Positions 41,561 through 51,866 of a stretch of DNA of 64,000 nucleotides are shown here, piece after piece (position 1 is the stretch's first letter; every line of letters begins with the position of its first letter). Both the position numbers and the translations under genes were made by a program. The notes beneath the pieces are model-generated. The model was given only the letters and a program-made list of their open reading frames with translations. It had not been told where the DNA came from and made no database searches. Where the stretch lies: NCBI GenBank assembly GCA_964410325.1, contig CAYPFN010000009.1, positions 1,585 through 65,584 on the forward strand, read 5' to 3'. The stretch comes from an uncultured Azospirillaceae bacterium. GTDB taxonomy: Bacteria; Pseudomonadota; Alphaproteobacteria; RF32; CAG-239.

Positions 41561-44158
41561 ATGCTAAAAAAAAATACCGTTAATCGCCCTGACCGCCGGC
41601 TCGAAGCAACGCTGAGCGCTTTGGTTTATACGGTTGTAGCATTAGCCTTAAGCTTGTTTATGCTTTTCGTTTATCCGCAATATTCACTTTATTTAATCAT
41701 GCTTATTTTAGGCGTGACGGTTTTTTGCATTACCCTGGCAATCCAGATTATGTCGGCCAGCGAAGAAGCCCTGACTTACGGAGGGTTTGCCAATGAAATT
41801 TTAAACAGCCGGGAAATTATAAACCGTATTGATAATAACCGCGGCGAACCGATTATTGAAAATCAGCCGGCAAAGAAATTTTTTGACGGGGGCTACGTCC
41901 TTGAGAGCTTACGGGAAAATTTAGTAAAAGAAAGGAAAAATCAGCTGAATTTTCAAAGACTGGAATCCGCTATAAAAAATTTGAAAGAAGAAAAAATAAC
42001 GTTGCAATTGTTGTTATCCGAGGAAGAAAAGTGGTATGACGTGGTGTTTCGCCCGTTGTATTTAAAAAAGAGCAATATTTTTGAAGAAGAGTTTTCAATT
42101 GAAAAAATCAAAAAAGAAACCTATCTTTTCTGGACAATTGAAGATGTGACCGCGGCTAAAAACATGGAAAGGATTTTTGAGGAAGAGCGTAAAAAACTCC
42201 ACTATTTTATTCACCATATGCCAATAGGAATTTACATTACCGACACTGATTACACTTTAGAATATGTCAATGAAAGCTTTGCTGCCCAGCTGGGTTTTTC
42301 CCGTGAAGAAATGATTGGAAAATCATTTAAAGAGCTGGTTGCGCATGATGACGGTATTTTAAATTCCCGTTTGCCGGCATACAAAGGCATGACGATTTTT
42401 CATCAAAACCAGGGAATGCCAAATCAGGAATTGTTTATCTTACAAAATAATTTTAAAGATGGGAATACTGTTAAAATTAGAGGTCTAGCCATAAAAGATT
42501 TGCCGACGGATCAGCAATTAGGCGATGAATTAAATTATGCCGTAGATAAAATTGATTGGCTGTTTAACACCTCGCCGAGTGGAATTATTTTTATGGATGC
42601 CAAGGGCAACATTCAAACCGCCAATCGCCGTGCTGTGGAGATGTTGGGAGATCTTTCCCAAAAACTTTCGGATACGAATATAGCACAATTTTTTCAAGTT
42701 CCGACTATACAGCTACTTCAGGATATTTATAAAAAATATGAGGCAGAAACGGCTAACCGCGATATTAATAAAATAGAAAGCCGTTTGAAGTCGGATAAAG
42801 TTATCCAGATTTATACGGCGCCGCAGCGACGCATGCATGCTCAGGAAAACACATTGGATGGGTTGGTATTGTACCTTGAAGATACTACCGAGCAAAAAAA
42901 TCTGGAATTAAAATTTGCTCAGGCGCAAAAAATGCAGGCTATGGGACAGTTGGCTGGGGGTGTCGCGCATGATTTCAATAATTTACTGACGGCAATGATT
43001 GGTTTTTGCGATTTGTTGCTACAACGGCATGGCGTCGGCGATCCTTCTTTTGCCGATTTGATACAGATTAAGCAAAACGCAAACCGAGCGGCCGGATTGG
43101 TGCGCCAATTGCTGGCGTTTTCACGCAAACAACCGTTAAAGCCAAAACGAATAGATGTGACGGAGAACTTTATTGAACTTAGTCATCTGTTAAAGCGGAT
43201 ATTGGGTGAGCAAATTACATTAGAATTTAATCATGGCAATGATCTGGGTTTCATTCGTGTTGATCCAGTACAGTTTTCGCAAGTTATTATAAATCTGGCG
43301 GTTAATGCCAAAGACGCCATGAACGGTAAGGGAATTCTGCGCATATCTACTCGGACGGAACGTTTAAGCGAGCCTTATCAGTTTGGTGCCGACACAGTTT
43401 CTCCCGGTGATTTTGTCGTGATAAGTGTCAGTGATACTGGCTGTGGTATTCCACCAGAAAACCTGACGCGGATTTTTGAACCATTTTTTTCAACCAAGCA
43501 AAATGTTGTTGGGTCCGGAACAGGATTGGGACTGTCCATGGTCTATGGCATTGTCCGCCAAACGGAAGGTTTTATCAAAGTAGACAGCACGCTCGGAAAA
43601 GGAACGACATTTTCTATTCATCTGCCACGTTTTGAGACTGGTGGTGAAGAACGTGAAAAACTTCCGTCGCGACAGGAAAACAAACAGGTGCCACTTTTAA
43701 CTTCCGTTTCTGCCGATAATCAACCGCCGAAAATTATTTTTGGTTTGAACGTTGCTGCTTTGGATCAGGGGTTGGAACAGGCAGTCAACCAGCAGGAAAT
43801 TAGAATTTTATTTGTTGAAGATGAGGATTCTGTGCGTGCTTATGGTGTCAGAGCATTAAAGAAAAAAGGATTTGCCGTAACGGCTTGTAATAGTGCGGAA
43901 AATGCGTTGGAGCTTTTAGATAAAGGCGAGAAATTTAATTTGCTGATTACGGATATGGTCATGCCAGGCTTAAGTGGTGCAGATTTGGCAAAACAAATGA
44001 AGAACAGCCAGCCTGATATAAAGATTATTTTAGCCTCTGGCTATTCAGAAGAAATTGCCCGTCGTGAATTGTCTGGCTCAGAAGATTTTGAATTTATTGC
44101 CAAGCCCTATAGCTTGGGCGATTTAATCCAGAAAGTGTTTAATGTCTTGAATGGTTGA
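41561..44158 (+). CDS. cckA: Hybrid histidine kinase CckA
   Basis: 2 TM, PAS domains, AQKMQAMGQLAGGVAHDFNNLL, SFADLIQIKQNANRAAGLVRQLLAFSR, C-terminal receiver. Confidence 0.9.
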   Translation: MLKKNTVNRPDRRLEATLSALVYTVVALALSLFMLFVYPQYSLYLIMLILGVTVFCITLAIQIMSASEEALTYGGFANEILNSREIINRIDNNRGEPIIENQPAKKFFDGGYVLESLRENLVKERKNQLNFQRLESAIKNLKEEKITLQLLLSEEEKWYDVVFRPLYLKKSNIFEEEFSIEKIKKETYLFWTIEDVTAAKNMERIFEEERKKLHYFIHHMPIGIYITDTDYTLEYVNESFAAQLGFSREEMIGKSFKELVAHDDGILNSRLPAYKGMTIFHQNQGMPNQELFILQNNFKDGNTVKIRGLAIKDLPTDQQLGDELNYAVDKIDWLFNTSPSGIIFMDAKGNIQTANRRAVEMLGDLSQKLSDTNIAQFFQVPTIQLLQDIYKKYEAETANRDINKIESRLKSDKVIQIYTAPQRRMHAQENTLDGLVLYLEDTTEQKNLELKFAQAQKMQAMGQLAGGVAHDFNNLLTAMIGFCDLLLQRHGVGDPSFADLIQIKQNANRAAGLVRQLLAFSRKQPLKPKRIDVTENFIELSHLLKRILGEQITLEFNHGNDLGFIRVDPVQFSQVIINLAVNAKDAMNGKGILRISTRTERLSEPYQFGADTVSPGDFVVISVSDTGCGIPPENLTRIFEPFFSTKQNVVGSGTGLGLSMVYGIVRQTEGFIKVDSTLGKGTTFSIHLPRFETGGEEREKLPSRQENKQVPLLTSVSADNQPPKIIFGLNVAALDQGLEQAVNQQEIRILFVEDEDSVRAYGVRALKKKGFAVTACNSAENALELLDKGEKFNLLITDMVMPGLSGADLAKQMKNSQPDIKIILASGYSEEIARRELSGSEDFEFIAKPYSLGDLIQKVFNVLNG

Positions 44159-44168
44159 CGGTACGGCA

Positions 44169-44891
44169 ATGGCAGATAAAATAAAACAATTTCCTTTAAA
44201 ATTTAAGCCTCGCACGGATTTCGGCCGGCAGGATTTTATGGTTGCTAAATGCAATGCGGAGGCGTTAAAAGCGGTGGAAATATGGCCGAACTGGCCTTTT
44301 TTTGCCCTTGTTTTATATGGTCCGCGTGGTTCAGGAAAATCACATTTGGCCCATGTTTTTGCCGAACATGCCGCAGCCTGCACCGAACGGCCGTTCCCGA
44401 TTTTAATTATTGACGCCATGGCGGTTAATAATAAAAATGTCGCGCGCATTCATGCCGAGAATCCCTGCCTGATTGTAGAAGACTTGACTCCTAAAGCCGA
44501 TAACGAAGCTTTGTTTCATTTATTTAACTTATATCAGAATGAGGGCGGTTATATTTTATTCACTTCAGAAGCGGCGCCAGCGCGGATGCATTTTAAATTG
44601 CCGGATTTGCAATCGCGGTTAAATATGGTACCGGCGATTGCCATCGGCGAACCAGATGATGAAATGTTGACAATGCTCATTGTCAAACTCTTTAACGACC
44701 GCCGGATTATAATTTCGCTGGAAGTGTTAACGTATATTGTGCGGAATATGCAGCGTTCGTTTTCTTATGCCTGTAAATTGGTAGAAGAAATTGATACAAT
44801 ATCGCTGGCGCGCAAACGCGCCGTTACGATTCCTCTTGTCAAGGAAGCCATGCAGATGCTTAACATCAATGTTCAGCAAGAATTGTTCTAG
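44169..44891 (+). CDS. hdaA: DnaA inactivator Hda/HdaA
   Basis: QFPL clamp-like motif, GPRGSGKSHLA, LFHLFN, LPDLQSRL. Confidence 0.85.
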   Translation: MADKIKQFPLKFKPRTDFGRQDFMVAKCNAEALKAVEIWPNWPFFALVLYGPRGSGKSHLAHVFAEHAAACTERPFPILIIDAMAVNNKNVARIHAENPCLIVEDLTPKADNEALFHLFNLYQNEGGYILFTSEAAPARMHFKLPDLQSRLNMVPAIAIGEPDDEMLTMLIVKLFNDRRIIISLEVLTYIVRNMQRSFSYACKLVEEIDTISLARKRAVTIPLVKEAMQMLNINVQQELF

Positions 44892-45043
44892 GTTTTTCGG
44901 TAGTATGGCTTGTCATTATGCAAAGCGGGTTGTCGCAGATATAATCGGTTGTTTTTTTATGCTCTTCAATCAGTAACGGAAAAAAATAATTTGATATGGA
45001 GCGTTATGGGAGCTTTTCCGAAAAGAATATCCTGAAAGCATAA

Positions 45044-45061
45044 TTATCCCCATAATTCACA
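45044..45061 (+). promoter_or_regulatory. Two adjacent DnaA-box-like nonamers upstream of dnaB
   Basis: TTATCCCCA then TAATTCACA, each one mismatch from TTWTNCACA. Confidence 0.35.
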
Positions 45062-45141
45062 AGTAAAAAAAAATCTCATACCGACAATAAAAATTTATAT
45101 TTATAAAGAATAAAAAACCAGGAAAGAAAGACTAATACACA

Positions 45142-46614
45142 ATGGAAAACATAGATACTTCAAAACTGCCGCAGAACATTGAAGCTGAACAGGCTTTAAT
45201 TGGAGCAATTTTGGCCAACAATAAGGCGTTTGAAAAAGTTTCGGAATTTTTGAAACCGCAACATTTTGCAGATCCAGTTCATGTCAGGATTTTTGATGTG
45301 ATATCCAAACTTATCAACCGTAGCCATATTGCCGATGTGATTACCCTGAAAAATTATTTTGAACAGGAAGGCAGTTTAAATGAAGTCGGCGGCCCTAATT
45401 ATCTGATAAAACTTGCCGACAGCGCATCGCCGATGACCAATGTCGAATATTATGCGCAGTTTGTCTATGATAAATATTTGCGCCGGGAGTTGATTAATAC
45501 CGGAACAGAAATTGTTAACAGAGCTTTTGCGGAAACGGCTGATTTGTCGGCTTTGGAACAAATTGAAGAAGCCGAACAGGATCTTTTCCGCCTTTCTGAC
45601 CAGGGCGAAACGCAAGGAGGCTTTGTTGATTTTGCCTCAGCGCTGACCTCATCTTTGGGTTATATTGAACAAGCCTATCAGAAAGAAGGTAAAATTTCCG
45701 GGCTTTCAACTGGTTTGGAGCGTTTAGATTACAAAACCGGCGGTTTAAATAATTCTGATTTAATCATTATCGCCGGACGTCCGGCAATGGGAAAAACGGC
45801 GCTTGCTACTAACATTGCTTATAATGTGGCCGAATATATGGGACGGGCCAAAGATATGGATCCGCATGATCGAGGAGTGGCATTCTTTTCACTTGAGATG
45901 TCGGCCGATCAACTAGCATCGCGCATCTTGTCGACTGTGACCCAGACTCCGGGCAATAAAATGCGTACCGGTGAATTGGATAATGCTCAGTTTACGCGCA
46001 TTGCTGCCGCTGTTCGCGAATTAGAAACTATCCCCTTATATATTGACGATACGCCAGGCGTTACGATAAATTCGATTCGCACCCGTGCGCGCCGTTTAAA
46101 ACGTACTAAAGGGCTAGGACTGATAGTAATTGATTATATTCAACTCATTACTGGAAGCAATAACCGAAAAAATGAAGGAAGCCGCGTGCAAGAGCTTTCT
46201 GAAATTTCCCGCGGTCTCAAAATCTTAGCCAAAGAATTAAAAGTGCCGGTTGTTGCTCTTTCCCAATTAAACCGCGGCGTTGAATCCCGTGATGACAAAC
46301 GTCCGCTGATGTCTGATTTGCGTGAATCTGGTTCGATTGAACAAGATGCTGATATTGTAATGTTTGTATATCGTGAAAATTATTATTTACGCAATGAGGA
46401 ACCAAAACAAAAACAAAATGAAACACCGGAGCATTTTCAGCATCGTATTGAAGAATGGCATAAAAGAGACAGGGAAACGGCCAATTTAGCAGAAATAATT
46501 ATTGGCAAACAGCGCCATGGACCGACGGGTACAGTCAAACTTTTTTGGAATGGAGAGTTTGCTCAGTTCGGTAATTTGGCCAATGAAGAGAGCCTGCCTG
46601 AACAAATAGGATGA
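45142..46614 (+). CDS. dnaB: Replicative DNA helicase DnaB
   Basis: AGRPAMGKT, FFSLEMS, IDYIQL, DLRESGSIEQDAD, KQRHGPTG. Confidence 0.98.
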   Translation: MENIDTSKLPQNIEAEQALIGAILANNKAFEKVSEFLKPQHFADPVHVRIFDVISKLINRSHIADVITLKNYFEQEGSLNEVGGPNYLIKLADSASPMTNVEYYAQFVYDKYLRRELINTGTEIVNRAFAETADLSALEQIEEAEQDLFRLSDQGETQGGFVDFASALTSSLGYIEQAYQKEGKISGLSTGLERLDYKTGGLNNSDLIIIAGRPAMGKTALATNIAYNVAEYMGRAKDMDPHDRGVAFFSLEMSADQLASRILSTVTQTPGNKMRTGELDNAQFTRIAAAVRELETIPLYIDDTPGVTINSIRTRARRLKRTKGLGLIVIDYIQLITGSNNRKNEGSRVQELSEISRGLKILAKELKVPVVALSQLNRGVESRDDKRPLMSDLRESGSIEQDADIVMFVYRENYYLRNEEPKQKQNETPEHFQHRIEEWHKRDRETANLAEIIIGKQRHGPTGTVKLFWNGEFAQFGNLANEESLPEQIG

Positions 46615-46997
46615 AGCTGATGAAAAAGCTTGTAGATTATACCACGGAAGAATGGGAAAACATTTGTAATCATTGTGGCAAATGTTGCCTGATAAAGCTT
46701 CAGGATGAAGAGGGTGGTGCCGTTTATTATACGGATGTTGTCTGCCGTTATTTTTATGAGGAAAAATGTTTGTGCACCATCTATAATCACCGCCGTGAAC
46801 TTGTGCCGGAATGTTTAAAACTTGATAAAGATAATATACGCAACATAGAATGGATGCCCAAAACTTGCGCTTACCGCCGTTTGTTTGAAAAACAACCGTC
46901 TTATCCGAAAACGACGATTAAAGGGCGCTGTATTTCCGAAACTGTTGTCCGGCAAGAAGATTTGGAAGATCATATTGTTGATTGGGAAGATTTATAA
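46611..46997 (+). CDS. YcgN (UPF0260) cysteine-cluster protein, copy 1
   Basis: EWENICNHCGKCCL...VPECL...WMPKTCAYR. Confidence 0.88.
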   Translation: MKLMKKLVDYTTEEWENICNHCGKCCLIKLQDEEGGAVYYTDVVCRYFYEEKCLCTIYNHRRELVPECLKLDKDNIRNIEWMPKTCAYRRLFEKQPSYPKTTIKGRCISETVVRQEDLEDHIVDWEDL

Positions 46998-47500
46998 TGA
47001 ACAAGGTGCTGGATATAGAACCTGAATATGATCCTCAAAGCCGTTATGCCCATACGGAACATCTGACTCCAGAATTTTGGAAACATAAAAAACTTGAGGA
47101 TATGAGTCGGGAAGAATGGGAACTTTTATGTGACGGATGCGGCAAATGTTGCTTGAACAAACTCGAAATTAAAGGAAAAATTAAGTTTACCAATACTTAT
47201 TGCCGGTTTTTAAACCGCCAAAACTGTTTATGCAAAATTTACCCACACCGTTTTACAATTGTGCCAGACTGCCGCGATATTGATTTAAAGGCTGTGCGTG
47301 AAAAACCGCGCTGGCTACCCAAAACCTGCGCTTATTGGCTTTTAGATAATGGTTATGATTTACCGTTCTGGCATCCGTTAGTAAGTGGCCGGGCAGAAAC
47401 GGTTCATACGTCCGGCAATTCGCTTAAAGGACGCCGGCTTGTTAATGAAACCGAGGTTGTTGACTATGAAAATTACCTTATTGACTGGCCAGACCTATAA
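46997..47500 (+). CDS. YcgN (UPF0260) cysteine-cluster protein, copy 2
   Basis: FWKHKKL..MS.EEWE.LCDGCGKCCL, WLPKTCAY, WHPLVSG. Confidence 0.9.
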   Translation: MNKVLDIEPEYDPQSRYAHTEHLTPEFWKHKKLEDMSREEWELLCDGCGKCCLNKLEIKGKIKFTNTYCRFLNRQNCLCKIYPHRFTIVPDCRDIDLKAVREKPRWLPKTCAYWLLDNGYDLPFWHPLVSGRAETVHTSGNSLKGRRLVNETEVVDYENYLIDWPDL

Positions 47501-48176
47501 TTTGGAAAATTCTTTTGCCTTTCCTTTGATGGTTGTGAAATCAGCGCGCAGCCGGCGGATAACCCTAAAGATAGACAGCAAAAAGAGGACGGCGGTTTTA
47601 ACCATACCACCGCGTTGTTCCATAAAAAAAGCTTATACTTTTGTAAAGCAACATCAGGGATGGGTGGAAGAACATCTATTAAAGCTACCAAAGATGAAAG
47701 AATTTGCAAACGGCGATACTTTCAGTTTGTTTGCCCGCAAATTAACCATCTGCCATATGGATAATTCTCTGCGGGCAGCTGAAGAACAGGATAATCAGCT
47801 ATATATTGGCGGCGATATAAAATTTTTACACCGTCGGGTAAAAGATTACATCATTAGGGAAGCCAAAAAAGAATTTTTGCGCCGCTCGCGGGAGATGGCG
47901 TCCAAACTAAACTGTCAGGTAAAAAGAGTGAGCATTAAAGACACTTCTTCACGCTGGGGTAGCTGCTCAAGTTTAAATAACATAAATTATAATTGGCGGA
48001 TTGCCTTGGCGCCGGATTGCGTTATTGATTATCTGGTGGCTCATGAAGTATCGCATTTAAAACACCGCGATCATTCCAGAAATTTTTGGCGTTGCGTCAA
48101 AGAGCTTTATCCTGGTGCATCATTGGGACGTTCCTGGCTTAAGACGCATGGCGAAGAACTGTATCTTTACCGATAA
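47466..48176 (+). CDS. YgjP-like (M48/SprT) zinc metallohydrolase
   Basis: SRWGSCS, DYLVAHEVSHL.H.DHS.NFW. Confidence 0.88.
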   Translation: MKITLLTGQTYNLENSFAFPLMVVKSARSRRITLKIDSKKRTAVLTIPPRCSIKKAYTFVKQHQGWVEEHLLKLPKMKEFANGDTFSLFARKLTICHMDNSLRAAEEQDNQLYIGGDIKFLHRRVKDYIIREAKKEFLRRSREMASKLNCQVKRVSIKDTSSRWGSCSSLNNINYNWRIALAPDCVIDYLVAHEVSHLKHRDHSRNFWRCVKELYPGASLGRSWLKTHGEELYLYR

Positions 48177-48255
48177 AGAGGATAAAAAAGCGATTTACCC
48201 ATAGATAAAAAGACAAGCCCCTGTAAACCTGTTAGATTTTTATTTTTTTACTTTA

Positions 48256-48309
48256 GGCTCAATTATGATTAGCGTATGATTTATTGAGAGATTATTTCAA
48301 CAAAATTGT
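48256..48309. mobile_element. Solo end of the MITE/IS family seen at 59795-59948
   Basis: GGCTCAATTATGATTAGCGTATGATTTATTGAGAGATTATTTCAACAAAATTG closely matches the reverse complement of the MITE right end. Confidence 0.8.
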
Positions 48310-48484
48310 TTAATAGAGTCAAAAAAATATAAAAAATCTCTGGTTTTGAGATGATGGTTTAGATATTCGGAGCTATTATGATTATTTTGGTTCTGGGTAT
48401 AGTGACAAATGGATTTTGGAAATTAGGGGAGTTGATATAGATGGCTATTTGATGCCACGATAACTTTTATTCCGATAGGTACAA

Positions 48485-48527
48485 AACAAAAACCATTACA
48501 AATAAAACTTTGCAATGGTTTTTGTTA
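48485..48527. terminator. Bidirectional terminator-like hairpin
   Basis: AACAAAAACCATTACAAA / TTTGCAATGGTTTTTGTT. Confidence 0.65.
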
Positions 48528-48683
48528 TGAAGGAGACCAAAATAATAACCCAAAATTCTTATCGTCATCGGAAAAGTCAGAATAACGTAATTTAGACGTT
48601 TGTTCCATTAAGGAATAATAATTCATAAAGATAAAACCTATTTTATCATGTAAAAACCTGTTTTATCGATAAATGTTTACCAT

Positions 48684-48713
48684 GATAACTTCTGTTTTGC
48701 ATCAGAAGTTATC
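48684..48713 (-). terminator. Hairpin just downstream of pepA
   Basis: GATAACTTCTG / CAGAAGTTATC. Confidence 0.55.
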
Positions 48714-48723
48714 GTAGTAATTG

Positions 48724-50193
48724 TTATAAATTTTTCATGATTTCATTAAACAGCCGCACGCCGAATCCGCTGGCGCCTTTCGGTGTAAGCGGTTTGGCCT
48801 TTTCAATCTTGTCCATACCGGCAATATCCAAGTGCGCCCATTTAACATCTTTTTGTATAAAGCGTTGCAGGAAACACGCTGCAGTAATTGAGCCAGCATT
48901 GCGTCCATTGCTGATATTTTGCATATCGGCAATGGCGGAATCTATCATTTTATCATATTCTTTGGTTAACGGCAGCTGCCAGACTTTTTCGGCAACGGTA
49001 TTCCCCGCTTTGGAAATACTGTCGATAAATGCTTGATTATTTCCCATAATACCAGCCATTTCGGAGCCGAGCGCGATCATAATGGCACCAGTAAGCGTGG
49101 CAATATCAATCACTTTTTTAACGCCGAATTGCTGTTGAATATACCATAGACAATCAGCCAAAACCAAACGTCCTTCAGCATCAGTATTGAGTATCTCAAC
49201 CGTCTGCCCGGACATGGAACGGACAATATCGCCCGGCCGCGTTGCAGACCCCGACGGCATGTTTTCAACCAAGCCGACAACACCGACAACGTTAACTGGA
49301 AGTTTCTGCAGAGCGGCGGTTTTCATAGCGCCGACCACAGCTGCCGCCCCGGCCATATCCTGTTTCATATCCCCCATGCTGGCCGCGGGTTTTAAGGAGA
49401 TGCCACCACTGTCAAAAGTGACGCCTTTGCCGACTAAACCTAAATCAAAAGTTTTGCGCTCCGTATTGCCAAACCATTTCATAACGACGATTCGCGGTGG
49501 ATTGCAAGAACCTTGCGCCACCGATAAAGCCAGATTAAACTCTTTTTCTTTCATAACTTGGTCATCAATGATTTCAATTTCCAACCCCAGATATTCCAAA
49601 CGCTTAATATCTTCGGCCATAATTGTCGGCGTCATATTGTTTGAAGGCTCATTCGTTAAATCTCGAGCATAGCGGACGCTGGTAGCCAAGGCTGAATATG
49701 GGGCATAGCCACTTTTATCAACAACCTTGCCACGCACGGCAAAAGAAACCGCTTCTAATTTCGGAAATTCTTCCGGTTTGCGCTTTGTCAGATATTTATC
49801 AAAGCGATAAGAAGACAGCTCAAAGCCAAGTGCTAAGTTATAAGCAGATTCGGCGCTTTTAAATTTTGCTCCTGCCGGTTTTTCGGCATAAACCGTTGCC
49901 GCAGAAACGTTTTTTAACTGATTATATAAAATGCCGCCGGTTTTCTGCAAATCAACTGCTGTTGGTTTAGCCGGCACACCGATGCAGATAATTTTGCCTT
50001 TAGTTGTTGTAATGGCAAAACATTCTCCGGGTTTGCATTTGAAATTTTCCTGCGCGGCTGCGGTGCAAAGCAGATTGATTTCATCCGTATCCAAAAAATC
50101 CGCAAGATATGTTTTATTAATTTTTCCATACGCTAATACGGCTTTAGCTTCGCCACGTCGGGCTTTTTTATTACTGAAGATAATTTCCATCAT
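48724..50193 (-). CDS. pepA: Leucyl aminopeptidase (M17)
   Basis: GKGVTFDSGG, MKQDMAG, NTDAEGRL, WAHLDIAG. Confidence 0.96.
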   Translation of the reverse strand: MMEIIFSNKKARRGEAKAVLAYGKINKTYLADFLDTDEINLLCTAAAQENFKCKPGECFAITTTKGKIICIGVPAKPTAVDLQKTGGILYNQLKNVSAATVYAEKPAGAKFKSAESAYNLALGFELSSYRFDKYLTKRKPEEFPKLEAVSFAVRGKVVDKSGYAPYSALATSVRYARDLTNEPSNNMTPTIMAEDIKRLEYLGLEIEIIDDQVMKEKEFNLALSVAQGSCNPPRIVVMKWFGNTERKTFDLGLVGKGVTFDSGGISLKPAASMGDMKQDMAGAAAVVGAMKTAALQKLPVNVVGVVGLVENMPSGSATRPGDIVRSMSGQTVEILNTDAEGRLVLADCLWYIQQQFGVKKVIDIATLTGAIMIALGSEMAGIMGNNQAFIDSISKAGNTVAEKVWQLPLTKEYDKMIDSAIADMQNISNGRNAGSITAACFLQRFIQKDVKWAHLDIAGMDKIEKAKPLTPKGASGFGVRLFNEIMKNL

Positions 50194-50345
50194 TTTTTAC
50201 TCCTGTTAATCATTATTTTTAAAGATATAATGCATCGAAAACAATAATAAAATGCTAATTTTTTAAATTGTTATAGACAAAGGAAAATTTTCATAATACA
50301 ATTTAGACAAAACAGATAAAACAAATAATAAGAAAAAGGTTCAAA

Positions 50346-51866
50346 ATGGAAATCAAAGGTAGCAAATATGCACACAAGCAAATAATGAAAAACAATAAAA
50401 ACTCCCAGCCACATGTATCAAGATTTACATTTGTGGAAGACGGAAGGTTTTTAGACGTTATTTATAATGATACGGATTTTCTTGATATTTTTAACAGCCT
50501 TCCATTGCCGGATCAGATTAAAGCTTACCGCATTTTAAAAAATCTGTCGAAACAAAATGATGATAAGCACCTTTCGGCAAGCGATAAACAACTTGCCACG
50601 GTATCTTTACACAAATTAGAAGCAATCAATAAATCAGCGGGATTAAAGATTGATGAAAAACAACATTATCCTTTAAGCGCGAACGAATTGCATATTATTC
50701 GGATGGATTGCTACGGAGCAATCAATATCCAGCCCCCCTATCAGCTGAGTTGTTTTTATAAAAACCTGATCCACCATCCACTGCCACAGAAACAACAGTT
50801 AAAAAATTATGATCTTAATGATGCGCCAAGTTGGCAGCTTTTTAGACAATTTTCCAGTTTTCGCACCATTGAGCCTGCCGTTAAACATTACTTGTGGCAG
50901 AAGTGTATTGATCCTCAAATTTTGCAGCTCATGGATGTGCGAGATTTTTCCGACTTGTTATTTAAAACATTTCGCAAAGATGAAAAACAAACGAAAGTTT
51001 TCTTTTCTGAAAAAGGAACGCCGCGTAATAATTTTGTTAAAGCTTTAGAACGCAAATTCGGTCGGCAGATAGCAGAAATTTTACGTCGCGAGAAACTTGA
51101 TGAACGTTACATTCAGTCTTTGTTAAACGCTATGCGGATGTTTGGTAAGACAGATATCGGAAATCTGATTATCATGGAAACACATTTTACGCCGAAAGTG
51201 TTGACAGATTTACAGAAAGCTGGCATTAACACGGAAACATATCAGATTGGAGAGAAGATTCCGTTAGGGTTAGTGGAAAATTTAATTAATGCTGATCAAG
51301 GAGACCTGCTGGCTGCCCGTGATGAAACAGGCGCTGTACTTCAAAAGAATAGTTTTCCGTCTTTTCAGGTTCATCATATTAATGCGATTGTCGAAAGCGG
51401 TGAGCTGGCGAATATTGTCAGTGTTAATTACCGTAATAATTATCTGTTGTTGCCTGCGGATTTGCATTGCCATGTTTTCCATGGTTTTGATAGATTAATT
51501 GTTTCCGGAAAAAAAGAAGCTTATAGCCGTCGTCTGGAGCTGCTTAATAAAAACATCACCTTTATGTATGGTTTTCGGAAAGATCAGCAGATTGAATATG
51601 ACTGGACTAAATCTAAGAGTTTCCGTAAACAAGAGGAAGAAGATAATCGGTATACTGTTTCTTATGAAGAAATAAGGGCGCGTTTGGCAGAAAACCGCAT
51701 GCGCTATATGAATAACAGCAGATCCGTAGAATTTGACGTTGACAGTGTTGTGCAGATTATCCGTCATAAAAAAGCTCTCGATTCATCAAAAAATAAAAAC
51801 CGCAAACACGTATCTGCAAACACAATGCTAAAAAATTTCAAAAAAATGAAAGCTAAAGATAAATGA
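50346..51866 (+). CDS. Hypothetical protein with an HNH nuclease motif in its C-terminal third
   Basis: FQVHHINAIVESG...N...NYLLLPADLHCHVFH; rest of the protein unrecognised. Confidence 0.65.
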   Translation: MEIKGSKYAHKQIMKNNKNSQPHVSRFTFVEDGRFLDVIYNDTDFLDIFNSLPLPDQIKAYRILKNLSKQNDDKHLSASDKQLATVSLHKLEAINKSAGLKIDEKQHYPLSANELHIIRMDCYGAINIQPPYQLSCFYKNLIHHPLPQKQQLKNYDLNDAPSWQLFRQFSSFRTIEPAVKHYLWQKCIDPQILQLMDVRDFSDLLFKTFRKDEKQTKVFFSEKGTPRNNFVKALERKFGRQIAEILRREKLDERYIQSLLNAMRMFGKTDIGNLIIMETHFTPKVLTDLQKAGINTETYQIGEKIPLGLVENLINADQGDLLAARDETGAVLQKNSFPSFQVHHINAIVESGELANIVSVNYRNNYLLLPADLHCHVFHGFDRLIVSGKKEAYSRRLELLNKNITFMYGFRKDQQIEYDWTKSKSFRKQEEEDNRYTVSYEEIRARLAENRMRYMNNSRSVEFDVDSVVQIIRHKKALDSSKNKNRKHVSANTMLKNFKKMKAKDK

